From contig CM052817.1 of NCBI GenBank assembly GCA_028534125.1, positions 93,250,001 through 93,314,000 on the forward strand: a DNA stretch of 64,000 nt, written 5' to 3'. The DNA comes from Lama glama. Lineage: Eukaryota. Positions 37,401 to 49,250 of this stretch are shown here, piece by piece (position 1 is the first letter of the stretch; the number at the start of each line of letters is the position of its first letter). The notes under the pieces were generated by a model. It made no database searches and had not been told where the DNA came from. It worked only from the letters and a program-made list of their open reading frames with translations. The position numbers and the translations under genes are program-made.

Positions 37401-40400
37401 ACTTTCATGAGAATGTCTAAACATAATTTGGAAAGGAAAGAAACGATTTTATGCTGCTGCAAAGGGCCGAGGTGGCTTTTGTACAATTATACAGTCTTAG
37501 CTGATCAAATTAGAGAACATTTGTCAAAAAGTCAACATTCAGCACGATTAAACATTTCCCGTTAACTCTAGTTAACCCTATTAATTTACTTCAGTGGAAA
37601 GAAAAACAACTTATGCTCACACGAAGCCAAGAAAAGTGAATGTTTTTCTACATAGAAGGTCCTTGGAATGCACTAGTACCTTAAATCTCTTACATAACTG
37701 AAAATAATTAGGCCTGCATAGGGAAGTCATTGTTGCAATAAAAATTTTGCTGAAAACTAAAGAAATAAGCTGTGTGTTGTATAACTATTTAACTTCTTTT
37801 TATTTGATTAGTTGACTAATCAAAGGAATTATAGAGATGATAAAATTGACTTTAAAATATTATATATGCCATGAAGTCTTTCTTGAAAGTCCATTAGGAT
37901 ATAAAATATATCTTTCGAAAGGAAAGGTATTAAGTAAGCAACTTACCTTTTAAAATGGGTACTGTTTGGCTGAAAAACAGAAACAGAAATCTGTGGCCTG
38001 GAAATGAGTATCCGATCCACAAATCCAGAGAGATTATTGGGAGGGAGGTCTTCCTGACTTTAAAGATGGTATTATAAACAGGTCACAAACATATATTTTA
38101 GCAAGTAAATTACCTCAAATGCTAAATGGCAACCCCACTTAAGGTGCTGAAGTTGAGTGAAGTTCTCTACAGCATAAGCCCTAATGCTGCTTAATAAAAA
38201 AAAAATCAGTGAATTGGAATCCACACCTGTTGTAATATGTGCATTGATTAAACTGGGCTGCAGGTTAATCAATGCAACTGAAAACATCCTGGAGTGATTG
38301 CCTGAGTATATGTACAACAAAGAAATCTGAAAGTCACTACAGGTCAAATGTCAATATGTGCAAAGGCAGTGTAGCGCTGTTTTAAAAACAAGCAAAGTGA
38401 TAAGGCTGGATGTTGGGGGATACAGCCCATAGGCAATTTATCTGGCTTGGGAAAGAAGGAACACAGAAGGAAACCAGCTAATTAAGTACAAGAAATTATA
38501 GGATTAACATAATTGTCACTTTGGAACCCCTAATGATATTACTGACCCATGTAAGAACAATCACCTAAAGCAATTAAGTGAATGATTGATGGGGAGTATG
38601 GAAAATTGCAAATGTAACCCCACTCCGACTATCTCTTGCTTGCACAGGGGAAACTAACTACAACACAACAACCGGTGGGTCAGTCCCTTAGACCAGTGCT
38701 ACAGCTGGTCAACCAGAAACTAAGTTTTCTGCTGTGATGCAATGTAGTATTCAGCATCACTCACTCTGGATACTTACCCTCAAAGTCGTTCTAATTTCCA
38801 GTTTGTAGGAATTAACAGAGGATGGAGGGAGAAGCTAGACAATGAGAGAGTCCAGAAAACTCCCGATGTCAAAGTCGGGGCAGGATATGGAAGTGCTTTC
38901 ATCTTTGCTTTTGGAAAATTGAGACCAGTGAGGTTTTGAAGATATTGATGTCACGGAACCATTTAAGCTGAAGTAAAGTGTTTCCTCAGGATGTATCTTA
39001 GTTCAACGCCCTTATTTAAAGATAAGGAAAGCTAAGTTGAAAGGCCACCGAAGATAGTGAGAACTAGGCAGCATTATACCCTAGACCCTATGCCGCGTTG
39101 CGTGGCCTCGTGTTATTCTCCAGGGGTGTGGTGGTGCCTCGTCAAGGGGCATGTTCCCAAGCACCACAAATGTTGTAGACTGGAGGGAAATTTACAAATG
39201 ATGCTAGTGAGAAAATGAAACAGCAAACTTGCACATGGACTAGGCAAACGTCTTTAAGGTCGTCTCCGCATGGTTTTATGGGTAATTCACGGCTGGATCT
39301 TGCAAGGTTTAGTGTAGTGATTTAGGAATCCCCCCCCCCCATCTGTACTCTTATCTTTAAGAGTAATTTTTGCACAGGGAGTAATTTTAAGAAATTCCTG
39401 ACCTCCATGGACAGCAAAATTTCGTAAAACAGTGAATTTATTTTAGCTCCCTAGGAATGGATAAAGAAAGTGTTACTGTTGTTTATTTTTCATGACCTTC
39501 TGATAATACTCAACAGAAAAAAATACATTTATATTCTGCAGTCAAATTCAACTATGCAATCACTTCAACTGTACTTTTATGAAGAAAAACAAATATCACA
39601 ATCAAAATATTTGCAACAGTCTATCACACAGCAGCCACATATCCTGCTTACGTGAAAGAGTTTTTTTGGCAATTATAACTTGCAAAATAAAGATTGGTAA
39701 TCATTGCACTCATCTTTGCAATGACCTTCGCAACTGCTTTCTACTGAAGCCTGCTGGAAAGCTCTCGTTCCCAAATGGAGTTAAAACAAAGGCCCAAATT
39801 CAACATATTCCTCATCAGGCTAATGAGAACCCATTGCAAAGGTGTGCCATGTGTGATTTTAAAATGTTAAAAATTGTTTGAACAAATTAAGCCCTGCCTG
39901 AGTTTTCTCATGAGATTATTATAGCCTTTTAAAGGAAACTGTTGTTAGACATGGCCTTTTAAACCACGCTGATAAATCATTAACCCAACAATTTTGCTGT
40001 CTTTCACTCCAAGTGTACTGATGATCTGCCCTCAAGAAAGGACTCTCAGAGAGGTGGTTCTCATACCCACGTCGTAGAGGAGTGTGGTAATGATCTGTTT
40101 ATTAAGAGAAGGAATAGGACCTAAGAACTTTGGATCTAGGCCTACCTTTCATTTTCTGCACCCAGCAACAAGAAACAGAATAGGATAAATAAAATCACAA
40201 ACCACAACCACAGTGACAAACATTTATTTTCTACATTAACTAGAATCTTTCCTTTGATGTTGTACTATCACTGTCGTCCAGTTCCCATAGGTGAACTGCT
40301 GTTAAAGAGTTAAAACATTTTTCTGAAGAGGGCAACTAGGGCAGGAAAAAAGAAAGCCAAAAACATGGATATTCTACAGTCAGAGATCGAACAGGTTTTC

Positions 40401-40569
40401 TGCCCTGTAAGCCCAGGACACCCATGCTGTACACTCAGAACAAAGAGCGGGATTGGACTGCTAAGCCTTTTGAATTGTAGGTCCTGCTCTGCCACTTATT
40501 TAAAATGAGAATACTACCAACTTGTTTTATTTTTATTTTCAAAGTCATCCTGATAATAAAGGTAATGGT

Positions 40570-40790
40570 AATTCCTATTGAATAGCTATCTCTTATACGC
40601 CAAGAACATGTTGTTTGTTTTTCCATTTAATCTTCACTACTACTCCATGACATAGAAATGATCTTCATTTAACAGATGAGGAAACAGATTTCATTTGGCA
40701 AAGTGTCCATGTTCACACAGTGAGAAAGTAAAAAATCGGTATTTGATTTTAAGTCTTTCTGACTTTATAGTTTATGTTGTTTTCTCCATA
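40570..40790 (-). mobile_element. MIR
   Basis: catttaatcttcac...ccatgaca...catttaacagatgaggaaacaga...gttcacacag. Confidence 0.75.
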
Positions 40791-41218
40791 CCAGTCTTAT
40801 TTCCTTATTTCCTTAAGAAATCAGACTGGGTGTAGTGAACAAATGGGCTAGACTCTATTTTATTTTAACTCTTAAGAAAGTGTCAATATTGTTTAGTAAG
40901 TTCTTAGCATTATGTAAATTAGTACCTTAGACTGTATTTGAAATGCAATGAGAAAGAGCTTACTAAATAGGTTATATGGAATTGTAAATAAACACAAACT
41001 CTTCTCTAAATGTCTGACATTCATTTATCCTATAAAAACATTCTCCAATCATAGTAACGTTACTTTGAGTCTACACCCTAGGTGTAGTCAAGTACTCTAA
41101 CCAGTACTCACTCCAAGGAAGGTTTGTTAGCTCGTATTTCATCAAAAGAGCCTATTCCAGATGTGGCCAACATGAGGTTCAGCTATATTTTATGAATGTT
41201 CAGTATCACAACCTTCTT

Positions 41219-41342
41219 TTTTTTTTTTGCAAGGGGAGGTAATTAGGTTAATTTATTTATTTAGTTTTTTGATGGAGGTACTGGGGATTGAACCTCGGGC
41301 ATGCTAAACATCCGCTCTACCACTTGAGCTGTACCCTCCCCC
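41219..41342 (-). mobile_element. tRNA-Ala-derived SINE (vic-1 type), long-tail form with 12-bp TSD
   Basis: Minus strand ggggggagggtacagctcaagtggtagagcgg...tagcatgcccgaggttcaatccccagtacctcc...taaataaataaattaacctaattacctccccttgc(A)n. TSD cacaaccttctt at 41207-41218 and 41343-41354. Confidence 0.95.
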
Positions 41343-43289
41343 CACAACCTTCTTAATTTGTGGAACACATGAGTGGTGTTGAAGATCTGTGGGTGGGCTG
41401 AAACATTGCAAAGGAACACACATGGGTAGGATAGACGAATCTGGACTAGCCTTTCATCCCTGACCTGGAGAATCGACTACCTGGATCTCATTCTTAAATG
41501 GTCCTATGTTTAGCCAATAGATTGTTGATCACATGACTCAGATTAACATGGTTAGCTGGCATGGGGTCACGTTTGCCTTGAGGTAACCTTTTCATTTCAA
41601 AGTGTTATCTGAACACCCAACAGACTGTTTAAACATACAGAAAGGCTTATGTCCCTGTTTTATACCTGCTGGCTGTTAAATATCTGTATGTGTGACAGAA
41701 GTCATCCTAAGACTGACTAATTTGAATGACGTGGAGGAGGGAAAGATGTATTTTCTCAGCCATCTCTACCTATTAGAAGTCACTAATATTTGTCAAGAGG
41801 AACCTAGTAGTTGTAGGTAGACAACTTGGCTTAGACCAACTCAAGGCAAATATGATTCATCTCTGTGCATCCTATGAACATCAATTCTGCCATTACCTTG
41901 GCACAACTGTTACTCCTTCACTATTATCACCTTCCTACCACCAAAAGGGAATGCTAGGGGGTCAAGCAAGGTGCTCTGGCATCATTTCATAACTCATTTT
42001 TGGATGCACTTGGACTTTCCACGGGTCTATGGAAGGTTACTAGGCTGCCTGAAGACAGTTCCTCCTACATAATTTATAGAACCAGGCCTCCAAATGGTCC
42101 AACAAACTCTCATTCTTTCAAAACAAAGGCTTGATCCAAAACCAAATCAGTATAAACATAAATAAATGTCCTACGATTCAGGAGCTACTCCATCAAAGTA
42201 TGCAAGCCTGGTGGGCCATACCTCCTAAAACACTGACAGGTGAGTTCTCTCAAGGATTCTTGAAAATGCCTTTCCAAGACAAGGTGGTGGTCATTAAATC
42301 CAGGAAAACACCCTCCCCGGTTCCCGCCTCATGGTGATGGAGACAAGAAAAGCACCGCGGCCTCTTGTGGTTGGAAATGTTGCCAGGTTGATAAGTAGGC
42401 CTAATAAGAAGACAAGGATTCTGAGCTCCATGGAAACAAATCATGTGAGCAGTGTTACCATCACAAGGCTCAAGGCAGACTGAAGCTAACATTCTAGGAA
42501 GTAATATTTAGTGTGCACTTAAACCACGTTTTTTACAGATGGGCTTCCCACCTAGGATTTCTAATCTGGGTGACATTTCACGAAAGAATTGATCTAGGAC
42601 ACTTTCTTTATTTTAAGTAATAGACATTTTCCTTATTTTTTATTTTCCAGTCTCTAAATTCAAATGACTTCCCTCCTAGAGGTAGACATGTCCTTAGTTG
42701 TACAGTGGCCAGGAGAGTAGGTCAGGTCTTAGGTCACAGTGAGTTAAGCGCCTTTTAGTAATGAACCCCAATTCATGGGCAGAGAGAAAGTTTGTACAAG
42801 GCTGTTTAAATGGAAAATATCTGTGACTTTTTATTTTCTCACTAACGTATACTGTCTGAGGGACTAACTCACTTCCAAGGTTGCTCATGACTTCATGACT
42901 TCCAACGCATAAGGAAGCCTGGGAGAAGGCTGTGGAGTACTTGGGAACAAAACAGGTTGTGGACTCAGCCTTAGAGGCAAATCTCACATTTTTCTCTCAG
43001 TAGTATAATGACAACATCTACCTCCTACGATTATCTTGGGGATTGAATGAGATCATCACCAAAAGGCATGTAGCGCAATGCCTGGCACGTAGTAGGTAAT
43101 CTGTACATATTCACCATAAACAAAACCAGATTTCCTATTCAAATTCCTTGAAAAGAAAACACCTTCTAATTTTTCTATATCATAAATTTGGATTTTCACA
43201 AATTTCTTTTTCTTTTGGTTGGTGCTGAATCACATTATGATCACTAACCCTCTGGAGTGTGTAATTTTGCTGAAAGCCTCGGGTGATGC

Positions 43290-43482
43290 AGGCGTGGTTC
43301 AAAGAGCATCAGTTTGGAGTCAGAAGCCCTGGTTTGAATTCTAGCCATGTGACTGACAGCAGACCGCTTCACGGTTCTGAGCTCTATTTCCTGACCTTAC
43401 ATTGTTGTTCTGAAAATTAAATGAGGTAAAGTGTAACAGAGTGGCTATCCCTGAGCCAGCATATAACAGATGCTCAGCAAAT
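43290..43482 (+). mobile_element. MIR (another MIR 3' part at ~42995-43110)
   Basis: ttggagtcagaagccctggtttgaattctagc...ttctgagctctatttcct...ttgttctgaaaattaaatgag...atgctcagcaaat. Confidence 0.75.
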
Positions 43483-43937
43483 AATAATTGATTCTCTCCA
43501 TCTAAGGTATATACTTTGGGGGAGTGAGAATTATGCTATGGATTTCTCTTTTTCCCTATGTAGCTCATTGATCAGCACACCCTTGGGGTCTATCTAATAA
43601 TTAAGTATTTCCAGACTTCATGAATAAAATGTATTTCCAACTTTATCTGACTGTGTGACCAAAAGACCTGAGTATGTGAATCAGATTGTTTTCTCACTGA
43701 AATATCTGCAATGCTCTTCGGCACCTTACCACTCCTAGGATGCTATTTTCTGTGTTAATGATGTCCAAACAAATACAATGTTAAAAATAAATTGCAGGGA
43801 AGCACAGTGGAAAATAAAATTCACCAGGTGGAAGATCAAGAGGAATTAAATGCCAAAGCTCTAGCCCATATGTCTGTAAAATTGATTTGACTTAATAAGT
43901 TTAATGCAAATAGAGTCGTATTGTTTGGGAAGTGTGA

Positions 43938-43940
<3 letters not shown>

Positions 43941-43974
<34 letters not shown>
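43941..43974. repeat. (CA)17 microsatellite
   Basis: Directly visible. Confidence 0.97.
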
Positions 43975-43977
<3 letters not shown>

Positions 43978-45948
43978 TTAACTGCATAAGCCCATCTTGC
44001 TGCTGTCCATTTAGAATTCTCATGAATAAATAAATATAAATGGGTTGTTTTCAATTTTAAAGATGAGCTTTTTATCTGAAATTTAAAACCGAGCATAAAC
44101 CTAGCATATGAACAGACAGACTTTAAAGAATATGGTAAATTGGAGCATGCCCAAAGACAACTCATGATGGCTACATTCTTCTTGGTAAAAGAATTACCGT
44201 ATCTCTTATCTCATCTTCTTGATTAAACCTGTTTGTTTGTTTGTTTGTTTTTTATTCTTCCTGTAAATAATTTTGTTGCAACCACTACTAGATTTAGAAC
44301 ATGGAGCAGCTGGTAATCACACCAATTTTTCACTCCAAAGCTTTGCTGGGTGATTTAGTGTAAAATGTTCTCCTAGCTAACCCTGTGTATATTTCAGGAT
44401 TTAACTTCAGTATCCTCCAGCAAGCTTTCCTTTATCCTTTCTTCCTATTCAAGACCAGCAAAATGCCCTTCCCTTGTACTTTTAAATCACTCCTTATAAT
44501 TCAAAATTTGTAGCTTTCTTGGCTGTCTTATACATTACATCGTGAAATCTTGTTTATTCTTCAGAACCATCCTCCACCCCAGTGCCCAGCACATACAGCG
44601 TGCTCAATAGATATTGGTTGACATGAACTGTATCTATTCATGGTCCAGTTTGCGTAACTGAGTTTATTCCAAAGTGATCGACAAGTTTCCACTAGTCTGA
44701 GAAAAATGCTTCTTTATGTACAACTTCCCGAAGGAAGCATTGGTATGAAGAAAACAAATTCTAATTTGTGTTGCTGTGGTGGGTTTCCAGCATCTCACTC
44801 TGATATTTGGGAGAGTGATACGTATACACAACTCATCAAAGTTGTAACATGTGACTTGCAATTGGATGAGTTCAGGGATGTGAGCTCTTTAAGCATGGGA
44901 TGAGTTCCACTCTGTGTTTTTGGTTTTCTACTTTGCAAAATAAAAATGATGATTATGCCTTCCTACTTCACAGAAAGGACCAGGACACTTGCTCTGCCCA
45001 ATTAGACAAATAAAAGATGATTTCTAAGTTGATTACAGCTCCTCCTCTCTGAGAGAGTTCTTTTACTTACCTGATGGTCCTAGTTATCAATAAGGTAAAA
45101 CTGTAAAACAAAGGTAGAAATAACAGATGATTTTAGAACTATGATTTGGGAATAACATATCAAAGACAGTTAAGAGGAAAGAAGAATGCTAGTAGTACAG
45201 GCAAAAATGCAATTCCTGGTTAGTAGAAGTCCAATATACAAAAGGATTTCACTCATTTAGAATAGCAGACATCTTAAAGACATTTGTGGTTATCTTGCAG
45301 AGCTAAAATAAAAGACAATGCATTTCTATTCTTTTATTAGGACACTAAAAAATCAGAACACAATTTTACTTGCTCAAATTGATAGATCACATCAATCAAA
45401 AATAGCATGCAAAAAAGAATTCACAATGCAGCTAACAGTGTCTTATCCACAAATGATGCTCAAGATCCAAGGGCTTCAGATCTTTTAAAATACTATACTT
45501 TTTCAAGAAAATAAATCATTTCTTTCCGTGTGTTTTGGATGGTCCGTACTGACTCCATTTAAAAATGGAGGAAACTAAGCAAAAGAGAGCGAACTTTTTC
45601 TGACACAGGAACACTAGTAAGCCAATAGGAGAGTTCACCTATTTTGTAGTTTTACTACTTTTATATCTGATAGTCACTTCTCTAATACTTCTGTTTTAAA
45701 ATTACACTCAGAACAAAGAGGAGTTAGAGCAAGAATAGATTCCATTTTTGATGGACCATTATCTTTTCAGATAAAACAATACATGCATCATTTTAGGCAG
45801 ATGGCTCTCTGGCCAAGACAAAACAAACAAACCAAAAATAAAAAATACCCCAAATGAGGACAAATATTCTATTAACCCCTACATTGAAAATAACTTTACA
45901 GAGAGATACAGTACAATAAGCGGTACTCAGCAGAAAAAGATGTAGTAG

Positions 45949-46343
45949 TTTTAAAAACAATACAGTGGTCCCCAAATGGAATCACTTATGCTAAGCCCAC
46001 CAAACAGAGTTTTAACTTAATCACAGTTTTGCCCTCCCCCGCCCCAAGAAATCTTGAAATCCTAGATCATCAATCAGGAATCTTCTGATCAGTCCTAATG
46101 AGGTCATCTGTCTGATAGAAACCTGCCATCTCCTAAAGGAACATCATCTCGCTATAACCAACCTACTTTTTGCCTAGAATAACTTCCTTGTTCCCGCTCC
46201 CTTCTGTCTATAGGCCTTTCATTTTGTATAGCTCCTCACAGCATCTTTCTACCTGCTAGGCTGGCTACTGCCTGATTCATGAATCACTGAGAAAATCTAA
46301 TAAGAGCTTTACAATTTACTCAATTGAATTTTGTATTTTAATA
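45949..46343 (+). mobile_element. ERV1-like solo LTR
   Basis: Decayed termini ttttaaaaacaa...gtattttaata, 4-bp TSD gtag/gttg, ccaaatggaatcacttatgctaagcc, aaccaacc, ataacttccttgttccc, ctata, tgattcatgaatca. Confidence 0.75.
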
Positions 46344-47649
46344 GTTGTAGTTGTTTTGTTGCCTTTATTCCATTTAAGAAGAAATATATTTTATTCGATA
46401 CCTCAGTGCCAGCATAGCCTTCTCTGATCAAAGGTCAGTTCAACTCATTAAGCAGTTATTGAATGCCTATAATGCGTTAAAATTTATACAGAAGTCCACG
46501 TCAAGCTTTCTAGGTAGTTAAAATTGTATCGCGTAAGTAAGCAACCTCTGTTTGCTCATCTCACTGACTCTGGATTTAATGGAACAGCAGAAGGTGCTTT
46601 TTTAGCTTTCTTGGTGATTTACTCTGTCATCTTCAATTCTTTTTTTCTGCACAATAGTGAAGCATATGTGAGCAAAATCAATTGCACATTCCAGGCAAGT
46701 TTCTTCTTTTGTCTTCTTGAGAATTCATTACACATCTTAATATATTTAAAAAGTTTTTTGGTAGTCTCTTATTGGTTTCTGGTTCCAAGGTATTAAAGTC
46801 AGATAATGTGTTCACTTGCTTCCATTTGTCTAAGTGCTTTTTTCCCCCCTTATCCAGAATATTTTCAGCATTTGGTCTAAGCTGATCTAAAGATTTTAAA
46901 CTATTATATATACAATGTCTGCAAAATATGAATTAATTTATACAGAAAAGCTTTTTACAATCCTCTCAGCAGTACATGTTGGATGCTCAGATTCTTTAAA
47001 TGGAAAAAAAATCCATACTATAAAAGATATTAGTCTAGAAATAAATGTAAAGGCAAAAAAAATGTGTATTTATCTTAAAACAGAGTTAAAATCTAATTTC
47101 TACTGTCATCCCTCAGATATAGAATAAAATATTTAATATCTTTGCAGTTTTCCTCCTCAGAAACATATTCTAAGAAATAACAATTTCAATAAATGTCTCA
47201 AAATATTTTTATTTTTTTATGAGAAAAGTGAATTATTTTCATAAGTCATATTTTACATCAAGAATTTTAAAACCATATTTAAACTGTCAGTTTTTCTCTC
47301 AGGTATTTGTATCTGGTCTCTTGCCTCAGCCTCTACCTAAAACTTTTCAAAATTGTATTTACTAAAAAGATTTACTAAATGCAGAAACAATTCAAATAAA
47401 TTTCTTATACACAATATTCTTAGGGGTTCTGACAATTTTTAAAAGATGAGTGATAAAATTGTGGTAGAAAAATCACTTAATCTATTATTCATTATCACAT
47501 TGCACAGTTTTAAACTATTAATTCCAACAAGAGTTATTTTTAAGGGAGATTTTAAGGAATTAATATAGTACCTCCTTTTTCCTATGTTCTGAACAGATTA
47601 GGAGGTAGACAATAGGTAAGGCTGTCAGAGATGAAGACAAGCACTGAAT

Positions 47650-49045
47650 TTTTTCTAAATTTTTAGATAATTTTAGACTTACAGAAGAGTTGTTAAGTTA
47701 ATACAGATTTCTTGAAAACTTCCACCTAGCTCCTCCTAATGGTAACATGTTACATAACCATTGATACAGTACTAGTGAAAAGAACAGAGACTTTATTTTG
47801 ATTTCCCTATTTCTGGTCCAGGATCCATCCAGGTCCCAGCTGTGTTTAGTTGTCCTGTATCCTTAGTCCCCTCCTCTGTCACAGTCCTCAGTGTTTCTTC
47901 GTAACTGATGACTTTGGCAATTTTGAAAGTACTGGTTAGTTTTTTTGTGACTATTCCTTAATCTGGATCTATCTGAGTGTTTTTCATTGTAAGACTGAGT
48001 TTATGGATGAGGGGAAATGCCAGAGAGACGACTTGCCTTTCTAGTTATTGCATCCTGACGGAAGGTACATGATATCAGTATATTTCATTATTAGTGATGG
48101 TGAGAGTAATTGATAATGGTGATTTTCTACAGTCCTTCCTTCTGTATCCATCAGTTGGAATTCTCTGTAAGGGTAAATTGTCTCTTCTCCCTCATTTATT
48201 TATTGATGCAATAATTTATTTTTATCATGTGCTTATTTTATTCTGCAGTTTATCATCCAATACTATCATTATTTCTTTTGTGATTATAATCTTGGTTCCT
48301 TGGTTCTAATTGTTCTAACTGTGGCCACTGGGGGCTCATTCAAGTTGGCCCTTGTGTTTTTTTGATATGCTCCCATTGTGTTCTTTTTAAATTTTTGTTC
48401 ATTTTCTTCAAATTTGATTATTTTGTCTTTACTTTCTGGTATCTCAAGATGATCCAGATTCATCTGCTCTTTCTCTGCCCTTACCCTGGAATAAACCATT
48501 TATCCAAGTAATCTTGGTTCCTTTTATTGGAAATTGGAATTTAGAAACCAGTATCCAGATGCTAGGTGTTCTCATTACTCCTGGTGTGTGACTTCTTCTA
48601 GGTCCTTTTAATGCATAGAGCAAAGAAATGTATGCATGCATACCTTTCTAAGTACATACATAAATCTATATTTCTGAATCCACCTGTGTGTATACATACA
48701 CGTGTATATCTTCATATATGCATGTGTATACATACATATAAACAGAATTTATACTGATATCGCTGATTCTAATTTAGCAACACCGAGTTTACTTTCCTTA
48801 TTTGTAACTATCTCCTCAGGGAGAAACTCGGCTCTCATCATCTATAAAATAATTATTTATTTGTTCAACTATAGTATAGCTGGAGGCTCAAAATTACTGA
48901 GCTGTACTCAAGTGAGAACAATTTATGAACTAGAATACAGTGTTTATTACAGTTCTTTTCCTTTTTAGCCTTACAGTATACAGTCAAAACACTGTTTTCG
49001 TCCCTCCTCCTTTTCTTGTGATTATGTCAGATATTTGTAATGTAG
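47650..49045 (-). mobile_element. Old L1 (L1MC/L1MD-type) 3' region
   Basis: aattttagacttacagaagagttg...cctaatggtaacatgttacataacca...ccaggatcca...atgatccagattcatc...ccctggaataaaccattt...ggttccttttattggaaattgg...ttagaaacca. Confidence 0.85.
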
Positions 49046-49059
49046 ACATGAGGCATATA

Positions 49060-49250
49060 GGAATTAAAAAGCCAATGGCAGACATAAATTTGAACTGAAT
49101 GAACAGAAAAATTCAACGTATCAACTATGTACTATGTAATTCAAGCAATGGAGGGTAATTCATTGTATATTAATTTCTTATTTTAGAGAAGAAGAAATAT
49201 CTGAAATCAGCAGTCTAAGCTGCTTCTTTAAGAAAATAAAGAAAGAACAG
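49060..49250 (+). mobile_element. L1 ORF2 fragment in opposite orientation
   Basis: tttgaactgaatgaa...aaaattcaacgtatcaa...agaagaagaaatatctgaaatcagcagtctaagctgcttctttaagaaaataaagaaagaaca, sense L1 ORF2 post-endonuclease region. Confidence 0.75.

Noticed and set aside
46273..46286. Perfect 14-bp palindrome tgattcatgaatca
   Set aside because: Lies inside an LTR and is most simply part of that family's consensus.
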